This document shows, one piece after another, positions 1 to 8,897 of a stretch of DNA of 64,000 bases. The notes under the pieces are model-generated. The model was not told where the DNA came from and did no database searches. It saw only the letters and a program-made list of their open reading frames with translations. Location: NCBI GenBank assembly GCA_902635225.1, contig CACPNG010000003.1, positions 1,688-65,687 on the forward strand, read 5' to 3'. The stretch comes from an uncultured Pelagibacteraceae bacterium. Lineage in GTDB: Bacteria; Pseudomonadota; Alphaproteobacteria; Pelagibacterales; Pelagibacteraceae. The position numbers were made by a program, and so were the translations under genes. Each line of letters begins with the position of its first letter. Position 1 is the stretch's first letter.

Positions 1-2
1 AA

Positions 3-1178
3 ATTTCAGAAAAATTCGTCCTAAATAAACTAAAAAAAATTTCACAAGGAAATCTTAAGCTTATAAATTACGATGGAAAAGTTTTTCATTTTGGTGACTT
101 AGAGAGCAAATTATCTTCAGATATCAAAATTAATAAACCCAATTTTTACCTAAATGTTATCTTGGGTGGAAGCTCAGCTTTAGGAGAAGCTCACATGAAA
201 AAAGATTTTTATTCCTCAAATTTAACAAATTTAATTGAACTTACAGCGAGAAATATCAATACAATCTATTCTTTTTCAGGAAGTTTAAAATTACAAAAAA
301 TAAAAAATTTTCTAAAAAAAATATTTGCATCAAATACAAAATCTAAAAGTAAAAAATATATTTCAAAACATTATGATTTAGGGAATGAATTTTTTTCATC
401 GTGGCTTGATAAATCTCTTACTTATTCAAGCGCAGTCTATAAAAATGAGAAAGATGATTTAGAAATCGCTCAAAGAAATAAATTTCAAGAGCTTATAAAT
501 TTAATGAATATTAAAGATGGAAACAAGGTTTTAGAGATAGGGTGTGGTTGGGGCGGATTTGCTGAATTTTTAGCTAAAAATTATGATGTGAGTGTAGACT
601 GTATTACAATTTCTAAAAATCAATATGAGTTTACTAAAAAGAAGATTTTCAACTCAGGACTAAACAATAAAGTTAATGTTAAATTTTTAGATTACAGAGA
701 TCTTAAGGAAAAATATGATCACGTAGCTTCGATAGAAATGATAGAAGCTGTTGGTGAAAAATACATGGACCAATATTTTGGTACAATTAAAAATGTTCTT
801 AATTATGGGGGAACTGCTGCAATTCAAGGCATCGTGATAAAAGATGACTTATTTGCAAGATATAGAGCAAATGAGGATTTTATTCAAAAATATATATTTC
901 CAGGTGGGTTTTTACCCTCAATTCAATTTATGGAAAATCTAATCAAAAAAAATGATCTAAAATTGGAAAAAATTAATACATACTCCGACGATTATGCCAG
1001 AACTTTAGCAACTTGGAGAAAAAATTTTTTAGGTGCTTGGGAAAAAATTAGCCCACTTGGTTTTGATGAATATTTCAAGCGCATGTGGGAATTTTACTTA
1101 TCTTATTGTGAAGGCGGTTTTAAGTCTAGAAACATAAACTTGATTCAATTCTCTATGTCTAATAGATATTCGTTATGA
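3..1178 (+). CDS. cfa: Cyclopropane-fatty-acyl-phospholipid synthase family SAM methyltransferase (5' end lies outside window)
   Basis: Frame is open from position 3. Motifs HYDLGNEFF, LTYSSA, LEIGCGWG, SIEMIEAVG, FIQKYIFPGG, RMWEFYLSYCEGGF. Confidence 0.9.
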   Translation: MSEKFVLNKLKKISQGNLKLINYDGKVFHFGDLESKLSSDIKINKPNFYLNVILGGSSALGEAHMKKDFYSSNLTNLIELTARNINTIYSFSGSLKLQKIKNFLKKIFASNTKSKSKKYISKHYDLGNEFFSSWLDKSLTYSSAVYKNEKDDLEIAQRNKFQELINLMNIKDGNKVLEIGCGWGGFAEFLAKNYDVSVDCITISKNQYEFTKKKIFNSGLNNKVNVKFLDYRDLKEKYDHVASIEMIEAVGEKYMDQYFGTIKNVLNYGGTAAIQGIVIKDDLFARYRANEDFIQKYIFPGGFLPSIQFMENLIKKNDLKLEKINTYSDDYARTLATWRKNFLGAWEKISPLGFDEYFKRMWEFYLSYCEGGFKSRNINLIQFSMSNRYSL

Positions 1179-1699
1179 AAAAATTTATAGTATTATTTTT
1201 ATTAATTTTAATAACAGGATGTGCAAATAAAATGAAACCGACAGATTTTAAAGATCAAAAACCAAGATTACTCATTGAAAATTATTTATCGGGTAATGTC
1301 AAAGCTTGGGGAGTGTTACAAAATAGATCTGGAAAAGTTACAAGACAATTTAAAGCTGATTTAAACGGAAAATGGAATGGTTCTCATTTAATTTTAGACG
1401 AAGTCTTTGATTGGAATGATGGGGAAAGACAAACTCGTCAATGGACTATTAAAAAAATTGATGAACATAACTACGAGGGAACAGCCTCTGATGTAGTTGG
1501 AACAGCTAAAGGATATTCATATGGTCCAGCTTTTAAATTTGAATATGTATTGCTGGTGCCGGTCAAAGGTAAAAATATTAAAATTACTTTTGATGATTGG
1601 ATTTTCATGCAGGATGATCGTGTGGCAATAAACAGAGCGACAATGACTAAATTTGGAATTAAAGTAGCAGAATTAACCGTAATGTTTGTAAAAGATTGA
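1175..1699 (+). CDS. DUF3833 family lipoprotein
   Basis: Lipobox ITGC; motifs ASDVVG, FDDW, MTKFG; typical neighbour of cfa-like genes. Confidence 0.8.
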   Translation: MKKFIVLFLLILITGCANKMKPTDFKDQKPRLLIENYLSGNVKAWGVLQNRSGKVTRQFKADLNGKWNGSHLILDEVFDWNDGERQTRQWTIKKIDEHNYEGTASDVVGTAKGYSYGPAFKFEYVLLVPVKGKNIKITFDDWIFMQDDRVAINRATMTKFGIKVAELTVMFVKD

Positions 1700-1700
1700 T

Positions 1701-2285
1701 ATGTTTGAGCTTCCTAAATTAGATTACAGTAATTCAGCTCTCTCTCCAATAATGTCAGATCAAACTTTGGATTTACATCATGGCAAACATCATCAAACAT
1801 ATATTACAAATCTAAATAACTTCATAAAAGGTTCTGATTATGAAAAATTATCTTTGGAAGATATAATTAAAAAATCATCAAAAGAAAAAAAAGCAGGAAT
1901 TTTCAACAATGCAAGCCAACATTGGAATCATAATCTTTTTTGGAAGTGCATGAAACCTAATGGCGGAGGAAATGTTCCATCTAAGCTTGAAAGTAAGATT
2001 AAAGAAGATTTTGGAGGCTTTGAAAAATTTAGGGAGGAATTTATCAATGCTGGAATTACTCAGTTTGGATCTGGATGGTGTTGGTTGTCTTTAAACGAGG
2101 ATAAGCTTATAGTTACTAAATCACCAAATGCTGAAAACCCAATAATTTATAATATGAAACCTATATTAGGTTGTGATGTGTGGGAGCACTCGTATTACTT
2201 AGATTACAGAAATAAAAGGCCAGCTTATTTAGAAAATTTTTTTGATAAATTAATCAATTGGGAATACGTTGATTCCCTTCTTTAA
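1701..2285 (+). CDS. sodB: Superoxide dismutase, Fe-type signature
   Basis: HHGKHH, FNNASQHWNH (AxQ, Fe type), FGSGW, DVWEHSYY. Confidence 0.9.
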   Translation: MFELPKLDYSNSALSPIMSDQTLDLHHGKHHQTYITNLNNFIKGSDYEKLSLEDIIKKSSKEKKAGIFNNASQHWNHNLFWKCMKPNGGGNVPSKLESKIKEDFGGFEKFREEFINAGITQFGSGWCWLSLNEDKLIVTKSPNAENPIIYNMKPILGCDVWEHSYYLDYRNKRPAYLENFFDKLINWEYVDSLL

Positions 2286-3038
2286 TTATCGTTTAACAAG
2301 TTTATCAACTAGAAATAAATAAAGTCTATAAGGTAATATTCTTAAAAATTTTAAAGTTAAAGTTAATCCTTTTGGGAAGTGAATCTCAAAAGCATTTCCT
2401 TTTACCAAACCATTATAAATTTTATCTGCAGCGTATTCAGGAGTTTTTAAAAACGGCATTGGAAACTCATTTTTATCTGTCAGAGGAGTTTTGATGAAAC
2501 CTGGTGATACAACTGAGACTCTTACTCCAAATTTTTTAAAATCAAAGTAAATACTTTCACTAAAATTAGTTAGAGCAGCTTTTGAAGGACCATAACCGCT
2601 TGAATTTGGCAGACCTCTGTAACCTGCAATCGAAGAAACTATCGAAATGTGCCCAGATTTCTTATTTTTAAAATAATCTTCAACAACTTTTACGCAATCA
2701 ATAACGCCTAAAAAATTAACATTAATTACATTTTTAATTTTATCTGGATCTATATTTTGCTCGTCCTTTGGCTCATAAGTTCCACTTGAAAATAAACAAA
2801 TGTCAATGTCACCTAAAGCATTTAAAATATCTTTAAAAACATTATTTATTTGAGACTGGTTGGTTACATCCAGGGGAAATGAACTTATATTGTTGTGTTT
2901 AGCTAGCTCATCCAAAAGTTCTTTTCTTCTTGCAGATACAGCAACTTTCCATCCCTCGTTAGCAAATTTTTCGGCTACTGCCTTTCCAATTCCACTACTT
3001 GCACCTGTAATCCATATTTTTTTCTGATTTTCAGACAT
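2286..3038 (-). CDS. Short-chain dehydrogenase/reductase
   Basis: TGASSGIG Rossmann motif; YGPSK catalytic YxxxK; PGFIKT. Confidence 0.9.
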   Translation of the reverse strand: MSENQKKIWITGASSGIGKAVAEKFANEGWKVAVSARRKELLDELAKHNNISSFPLDVTNQSQINNVFKDILNALGDIDICLFSSGTYEPKDEQNIDPDKIKNVINVNFLGVIDCVKVVEDYFKNKKSGHISIVSSIAGYRGLPNSSGYGPSKAALTNFSESIYFDFKKFGVRVSVVSPGFIKTPLTDKNEFPMPFLKTPEYAADKIYNGLVKGNAFEIHFPKGLTLTLKFLRILPYRLYLFLVDKLVKR

Positions 3039-3059
3039 AAATTAGTTATACCTTAAATT

Positions 3060-3524
3060 ATGACGAAGAATAAATATTTATCTCTAACATTCATTCTTTT
3101 AATAACATTTTTAGCATCTGGAATTGGTGGATTTACTACTGCGACTTTTAAAGAGCCTTGGTATTCCCAGATAATTCTTCCAAGTTTTAATCCTCCAAGC
3201 TGGGTGTTTGGGCCTGTATGGACAATTTTGTATATCTTAATGTCAGTAGCAATTTGGCGTGTTTGGATAAACTATTATGATAATAAAATTTTAAACATAT
3301 ATTTTTTACACCTCTTTTTTAATATGATTTGGAGCATTATTTTTTTTGGTTTTCATCAAATAGGACTAGCATTACTAGATTTAGTAATAATTCTTTTATT
3401 TATAGTTCTCTTAATGAAAATTTATTATCTGAAAGATAAGATTAGTTTTTATCTGATGGTTCCTTACTTTTTATGGAGTGGTTACGCTTTAGTGTTAAAT
3501 TTTAATATTTTTATTTTAAACTAA
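3060..3524 (+). CDS. tspO: TspO/MBR family tryptophan-rich sensory protein
   Basis: WY..I.LPSFNPPSWVFGPVWT, LFFNMIWS.IFF, PYFLW.GYA..LN. Confidence 0.9.
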   Translation: MTKNKYLSLTFILLITFLASGIGGFTTATFKEPWYSQIILPSFNPPSWVFGPVWTILYILMSVAIWRVWINYYDNKILNIYFLHLFFNMIWSIIFFGFHQIGLALLDLVIILLFIVLLMKIYYLKDKISFYLMVPYFLWSGYALVLNFNIFILN

Positions 3525-3542
3525 ATTAAGCTATATACACGC

Positions 3543-4337
3543 ATGGACTACAAAAACACCTTTAATTTTTTAAGATCTTTACCCGCAAAATTAAATACAT
3601 TTTACAAAAAAAAATCAAAATCTGGAATTAAAGTAAACAATAAATCGAAAAATAAGAAAGATTTTGATCCAGTAACTAATTTTGATAAATCATTTGAAAA
3701 ATATATAAGATCATTAATTTTAAAGAGATTCCCCAAAGATTCTATTATTGGAGAAGAGTTTGACGATAAAAAGTCTGATAATTATTTTCAATGGTCAATC
3801 GACCCGATAGATGGCACAAGAGCTTTTGTTATTGGAGCGCCGACTTGGTCCAACTTAATAGGCCTTTCTTTTAAAGAAAAATCAAAAGTTGGTTTAGCAA
3901 ATTTCCCAGAATTAAATAAATTTTATTTAAATGATCAAAAAAAATCCTATATTTTTAAAAATAATAAAAAAAAAATTATTAAATCCTCTAATAATAGTAA
4001 TTTAAAAACAATAAAAATTATTGGAAACTTTCATGGGACTTTAAGCTATGAAAGACAAAGAAAAGTTATAAAAAAATTTGGGTGGTCATTTAGGTTAGCC
4101 GGGTTTGATGCTTTAAATTATTGTTTATTAGCTGAAGGAACAGTAGATGCTGTAATAGAAGCTAACTTAAAGCCTTATGATATTTTACCTTTAATACCCA
4201 TTATTAAAAATTCAGGTGCAATTGTAACAAACTGGAAAAATGAACCCGCAGAAACAGGAGGCAATATTATTGCTTCATCTAATAAAGCTTTACATTACAA
4301 GATTCTAAGATTACTTAAACCTTTTACAAAAAAATGA
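3543..4337 (+). CDS. Inositol monophosphatase family protein, HisN (histidinol-phosphatase)-like
   Basis: DFDPVT, IIGEE, W.IDPIDGT, LKPYD motifs. Confidence 0.75.
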   Translation: MDYKNTFNFLRSLPAKLNTFYKKKSKSGIKVNNKSKNKKDFDPVTNFDKSFEKYIRSLILKRFPKDSIIGEEFDDKKSDNYFQWSIDPIDGTRAFVIGAPTWSNLIGLSFKEKSKVGLANFPELNKFYLNDQKKSYIFKNNKKKIIKSSNNSNLKTIKIIGNFHGTLSYERQRKVIKKFGWSFRLAGFDALNYCLLAEGTVDAVIEANLKPYDILPLIPIIKNSGAIVTNWKNEPAETGGNIIASSNKALHYKILRLLKPFTKK

Positions 4338-4855
4338 TTAATATATTTATAAATAGAGTTTTTAGAGCAATCAAAATTGATATAGATCTTTACGAAGAAG
4401 TTGAAAAAGATAAAAAAGCGACTTTTCAAGCTGGAATAGTAGTTGTTTTATCTAGTTTAGCCGCAGGAGTTGGCTCGATACACTTAGGAGCTTCAAATTT
4501 TTTAGTAGCACCAGCATTATCTTTGCTGAGTTGGTATGTTTGGGCTTACGTAATTTATTTTGTTGGTGTTAAATTATTCAGAGATCCAAACACAAAAAGT
4601 GATCATGGCGAGCTTTTGAGAACCATAGGTTTTTCTAGTGCACCAGGTCTGATTAGAGTTTTTGGAGTTACACCAGAATTGATGACCGTAACTTTTATAG
4701 GTTCTGCATTTTGGATGTTAGCTTGCATGGTTGTAGCGGTTAAATCTGCTTTAGACTATGAAAGTCTATGGAAAGCTTTAGGAGTTGTAGTTGTTTCATG
4801 GTTGTTTCAAGCATTCTTTTTATTCTTGATAATTGTTTTATTTAAAGGTTTCTAA
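4334..4855 (+). CDS. YIP1-like multi-pass membrane protein
   Basis: About 5 hydrophobic segments; YEEVE.D and LLRTIGF.SAPG pattern. Confidence 0.6.
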   Translation: MINIFINRVFRAIKIDIDLYEEVEKDKKATFQAGIVVVLSSLAAGVGSIHLGASNFLVAPALSLLSWYVWAYVIYFVGVKLFRDPNTKSDHGELLRTIGFSSAPGLIRVFGVTPELMTVTFIGSAFWMLACMVVAVKSALDYESLWKALGVVVVSWLFQAFFLFLIIVLFKGF

Positions 4856-5166
4856 AGGGGAAAAATAGTTTTAGCTAAATTACAGCTGTTACAAACTTTG
4901 AAACTATACATGATAAAATTTTGTTTGACGCTTTCATCTTCTTTTTTGCACTCTTCACAAATATTGTTGAGTTCAACATTCTTATTTATTACCCAAGCTC
5001 TATGATAAAAATTGTCAATATTTTTTTGAATTAGACCTTTAGCCACTTTCTCAGCCTCGATTTTATTGTAAGGACCATGAACAATTTTTGTTTGTTCGTC
5101 TAAAGTATCTATATTGTTAGGATTTTCATGAATTCCCTCTATGACAATAAATCCATCGTTTTCCAT
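4852..5166 (-). CDS. Hypothetical protein, DUF4170-like N-terminus with C-terminal CxxC...CxxC zinc ribbon
   Basis: VHGPY...EAEK...IDN pattern; CEEC and CNSC. Confidence 0.5.
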   Translation of the reverse strand: MENDGFIVIEGIHENPNNIDTLDEQTKIVHGPYNKIEAEKVAKGLIQKNIDNFYHRAWVINKNVELNNICEECKKEDESVKQNFIMYSFKVCNSCNLAKTIFPL

Positions 5167-5190
5167 AATTATTAATATATCATTTACAAA

Positions 5191-5760
5191 ATGAAAAAAA
5201 TTTTACTTTTTGTCACTATACTTACCCTTAGTTTTAATTTGTATGCGGAGGAAAAAAAAGCCTATTTTGCTGGCGGTTGTTTTTGGTGTATGGAAGAGTC
5301 ATTTGATCAAATAGAGGGAGTGTTATCGTCAATTTCTGGATATTCAGGAGGTCACTTAAAAAATCCTACTTATCAAGATGTAATATATAAAAACACTGGC
5401 CACGTGGAGGCTATAGAAATAACATATGACTCCAAAGTTGTAAGTTATGAAAAACTTTTAAATATTTATTGGAGAAATATAGATCCTTTTGATTCGGAGG
5501 GTCAGTTTTGTGACAAAGGTAAAAGCTATAGATCAGTAATTTTTTTTCAGAATCAACTAGAGAAAGAATTTATTGATAAATCTTTTAAAAATTTAGAAAG
5601 TAAATTTAATAGAGAAATAGTCACTTTAGTTTGGAAATTTAAGAAATTTTATCCAGCAGAGGATTATCACCAAGATTATTATGAGAAAAATTTTATTCGT
5701 TATCTGATGTATAAAAATGGGTGTAAAAGAGAAGATACCTTGAGAAGAATATGGAATTGA
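5191..5760 (+). CDS. msrA: Peptide-methionine (S)-S-oxide reductase with signal peptide
   Basis: GGCFWCME, GYSGG, GHVEA, AEDYHQDYY; N-terminal signal peptide ending LYA. Confidence 0.93.
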   Translation: MKKILLFVTILTLSFNLYAEEKKAYFAGGCFWCMEESFDQIEGVLSSISGYSGGHLKNPTYQDVIYKNTGHVEAIEITYDSKVVSYEKLLNIYWRNIDPFDSEGQFCDKGKSYRSVIFFQNQLEKEFIDKSFKNLESKFNREIVTLVWKFKKFYPAEDYHQDYYEKNFIRYLMYKNGCKREDTLRRIWN

Positions 5761-6206
5761 AAAAAATAATTTTAGCAATTTTTTTTCTAGGTTTTATTAA
5801 TTCAGTAAATGCAGAAATGATAAAACCAGCTGAAAATTTATCTGCTTATGATGTTATTAAAATACAATTAGATGCTCTCAAAAATAATGATGATAAAGAT
5901 AATGGCATTAAACAAACATGGATATTTGCTCATCCTGATAATAAAAAAATGACTGGGCCATACCCTAGATTTAGAATTATGCTTTATGATGTTCATTATA
6001 GAATACTTCTAAACCATTTTTCACATAAGATAGATTTAATTACGAATACTGAAAATAAATTTGTTTATGGAGTGAAAGTATTAAGCGATGAGAAGCAACA
6101 ATTTTTTTATGAATGGCACGTAAGTAAAGGTAATGAGGAAAATTGTCTTAATTGCTGGTTCACGACTGCAGTTTCAATGCCACTTGATCAAGGAAATTCA
6201 ATTTGA
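5751..6206 (+). CDS. Exported hypothetical protein (DUF4864-like)
   Basis: Signal peptide; VI..QLDAL..ND, FAHP.N...TGP..RF..M pattern; CW.T.AV C-terminus. Confidence 0.55.
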   Translation: MELKKIILAIFFLGFINSVNAEMIKPAENLSAYDVIKIQLDALKNNDDKDNGIKQTWIFAHPDNKKMTGPYPRFRIMLYDVHYRILLNHFSHKIDLITNTENKFVYGVKVLSDEKQQFFYEWHVSKGNEENCLNCWFTTAVSMPLDQGNSI

Positions 6207-6403
6207 AAAGACCACCCTTTGCAATACGATACTTAATTATTGGTGCAATATTAGTTTTGCCGCCAATACTCAGCACTCACTATGGATCAATATATTTAGG
6301 CAAGCATAATGGAGTCCTTTTAGGTTTTTGCGTCGGAATTGTTTGCGTATCTTTTGCATGCTGGAAGCTTTTTATCGATGGGTGGAGGGATGACGAAGAC
6401 TGA
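6203..6403 (+). CDS. Small two-TM membrane protein
   Basis: 66-aa ORF overlapping both neighbours; two hydrophobic segments. Confidence 0.6.
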   Translation: MKRPPFAIRYLIIGAILVLPPILSTHYGSIYLGKHNGVLLGFCVGIVCVSFACWKLFIDGWRDDED

Positions 6404-7539
6404 TGAAATTCGAAATCTCAAGGGACGGAGCTTTAAAACAGCTCGATGCTTTTATAAACAGTGAATTATCAAATTATAGTTTCAAAAGAAATTTTGATTT
6501 AGGCCCAAAAGACAAATCAAATGTATCTTGCTTATCACCTTATATCTCCCATAGATTAATTACTGAGTATGAAGTAGCCAAAACTGTTTTATCTAAGTTT
6601 CCATATCAAAAAGTTGAAAAATATATCCAAGAAATATTTTGGAGAGTTTATTGGAAAGGTTGGTTGGAGCTTAGACCTCAAGTTTGGACTGACTTTATTG
6701 AGGATTTAAAAGGATTTAAGGAAGATGACAATTATAAAAAAGCAATCAATGGTGAAACTCAAATTGAATGTTTTAATGATTGGGTAAAAGAGCTGAAAGA
6801 AAATAATTATTTACATAATCATACAAGAATGTGGTTTGCTAGCATTTGGATATTTACTTTAAATTTACCTTGGCAAAAAGGTGCAGAACTCTTTATGAAA
6901 CATTTATTTGATGGTGATGCTGCTTCAAATACATTGAGCTGGAGATGGGTTGCTGGACTTCAAACTAAAGGAAAGCACTACGTTGCTCAATCATGGAATA
7001 TAAGCAAGTTTACTAATAATAAATATAAGAATGTTAAATTAAATGAGAACGCATTACCTGTAACAGATAAAAGAGAATATAAATTAAACCCAATTGATTT
7101 TATTACAGAAGATAATTCAAATGAAAATTTACTAGTTTTTGAAAACGAATTAAATTTAGAAAATAAAAATTTAAAAAAATATAAAAATATTTACTTAGTT
7201 TTACTTAGTAATGATGTTCGAAAGCTAAAGCTTGAACAAAAGGTGCTAGACTATAAATCACAGCTAATTAATGATCAAAAAAAGAGATTAGATCAAATAC
7301 AAATTATCGATGAAGCTAAATTCCAACCTGTAGTAGAAAAATTAAAATCTTTTGATGTAATTCACCCTTGTATTGGAGAAAATTATTCTTATTTAAATAG
7401 TATGAGAAAAAAACAAAATTTAAATTTAAAATTTGTTTTAAAAGATGAAGACAAATTCGCTTGGCAATTTTCAAATAAAGGTTATTTCAATTTTAAAAAC
7501 AATATACCTAATATTTTAACAAAATTTAACTTACAATGA
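6403..7539 (+). CDS. Short photolyase with N-terminal FAD-binding domain (NewPHL-like inverted topology)
   Basis: VSCLSPYI, QEIFWRVYWKGWLE, YLHNHTRMWFASIW, LFDGDAASN.LSWRWVAG all within the first ~200 aa; only 378 aa long. Confidence 0.8.
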   Translation: MKFEISRDGALKQLDAFINSELSNYSFKRNFDLGPKDKSNVSCLSPYISHRLITEYEVAKTVLSKFPYQKVEKYIQEIFWRVYWKGWLELRPQVWTDFIEDLKGFKEDDNYKKAINGETQIECFNDWVKELKENNYLHNHTRMWFASIWIFTLNLPWQKGAELFMKHLFDGDAASNTLSWRWVAGLQTKGKHYVAQSWNISKFTNNKYKNVKLNENALPVTDKREYKLNPIDFITEDNSNENLLVFENELNLENKNLKKYKNIYLVLLSNDVRKLKLEQKVLDYKSQLINDQKKRLDQIQIIDEAKFQPVVEKLKSFDVIHPCIGENYSYLNSMRKKQNLNLKFVLKDEDKFAWQFSNKGYFNFKNNIPNILTKFNLQ

Positions 7540-8435
7540 TAGAAGAACTCGGCAAGGAAATTGAAAGTAAAATTGGATATATTTCTCAGCACGAAGTTGC
7601 CTCACATATTGACAGTCAAATCAAAAACTCTGGTAAAGAATTAAAGTATTATTATAACGATCCCCCTGGAGACCACACTCAATATAAAGTAACAAGAAAT
7701 ATAAAAAAAAACATTAATATAAGTGCTCAAGTACTAAGAAAATATTTATTATTTCACCTAGATAAAAAACTTATAACGGCTGATCAAATAAAAAAATCAA
7801 TTAAATCATCAAGAAAAATTAAAGGTAAGTCCATAAGTGATTTTGAGAGCCTTTGGGATGAGGCTTCTAATACTTCAGATTTTGAGGAAGAAATTAATGA
7901 GATAATCAAGGAATGGGAAAATAAGATTAAAAAAACGGTAAAAGATAATGAATTTAATAAATTACTATTAGTAAGACCACTACCAGGTGCGTGGCTTATG
8001 AGAAATTTAAATCAAGACACAAACACAGAACTAATAAATGATAATGAAAATAAAAAAATTACTTCAAATTTAATTGAGACCTTCGATCTTTTACTATCTG
8101 TAAATAAAAAGACTTTTATATCTAATAGTGAAAAATTTGAAAAAAAATTAATAGCAAAAGAAAATTTTAATAAATTAATTAGTCAAAAAATTCCTATATA
8201 TTTGAATAAAAACATTACTAATCTTGATTGGAATTATAATATATCTGGCTCAAAAGGTTTTGATATCGCACTCAATTTGACTACTTATATACAAATTTTC
8301 TACGGTAAAGAGTGTTATCTAGAAGCAGAACAAATTGATGATAATTATGATAGGAAATTAGATATGTTATTGACTAAAATTGATCAACATTTATCAAATA
8401 AAAATCAAATTAAATCAATAAATAATCAAAAGTAA
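7536..8435 (+). CDS. Hypothetical protein (island ORF1)
   Basis: 299-aa ORF with ATGA overlap on the photolyase stop; no recognisable family motif; very AT-rich. Confidence 0.6.
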   Translation: MIEELGKEIESKIGYISQHEVASHIDSQIKNSGKELKYYYNDPPGDHTQYKVTRNIKKNINISAQVLRKYLLFHLDKKLITADQIKKSIKSSRKIKGKSISDFESLWDEASNTSDFEEEINEIIKEWENKIKKTVKDNEFNKLLLVRPLPGAWLMRNLNQDTNTELINDNENKKITSNLIETFDLLLSVNKKTFISNSEKFEKKLIAKENFNKLISQKIPIYLNKNITNLDWNYNISGSKGFDIALNLTTYIQIFYGKECYLEAEQIDDNYDRKLDMLLTKIDQHLSNKNQIKSINNQK

Positions 8436-8460
8436 TCAAACCTACTATTTTTTAAATCAA
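8383..8460 (+). repeat. Helically phased ATCAA array (7 copies)
   Basis: ATCAA starts at 8383, 8393, 8404, 8414, 8425, 8435, 8456 (spacings 10, 11, 10, 11, 10, 21). Confidence 0.8.
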
Positions 8461-8505
8461 AAGTTTTTCATTAATAACTTTTCTTCAAAATGGGAAAAGA
8501 TCTGT

Positions 8506-8549
8506 GCGGGCATCAAAATAATTCTACTGGCTGCCCGTCCAGGCCAGTA
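8506..8549 (+). promoter_or_regulatory. Candidate H-type RNA pseudoknot in leader of island ORF2
   Basis: GCGGGCA (8506-8512) pairs with TGCCCGT (8532-8538); TACTGGC (8525-8531) pairs with GCCAGTA (8543-8549); the two stems interleave. Confidence 0.55.
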
Positions 8550-8570
8550 TACAAAAAAATGGAGTTGTTT

Positions 8571-8897
8571 ATGAAACATATAAATAAACCACCGGTAGTT
8601 GTACCTCTACCGGAGAAACCAAAAATAGAAAAGGTAGAAAAGTACTTAGATGTATACGCACGTTCAATATGCGTAACACCTGAGGAATTTAAAGCAGTTG
8701 ATGTTTGGACACCCAAGCTATTTGCAAAGATAGAAAGGTCGTTCGCATTAAAATTTGGCCATGATGCCATGTCCAATGTTGCTTTAACACCACCCATTAT
8801 CATAGAGAAACAAGGGGATATTAAAAAGACCTTTCAGATCTATGTAATCGGTGTTTACGTTAAAGAAGTCATACAAAAGGAGGTGTTCAATGCCTAA
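8571..8897 (+). CDS. Hypothetical protein (island ORF2), probable start 8571
   Basis: ORF track start is 8490; ATG 8571 follows GGAG (8561-8564); stop overlaps the next start. Confidence 0.6.
   Translation: MKHINKPPVVVPLPEKPKIEKVEKYLDVYARSICVTPEEFKAVDVWTPKLFAKIERSFALKFGHDAMSNVALTPPIIIEKQGDIKKTFQIYVIGVYVKEVIQKEVFNA

Noticed and set aside
8513-8803. Minus-strand 96-aa ORF in the island
   Set aside because: Antisense to ORF2, which has an SD and is coupled to the downstream gene.
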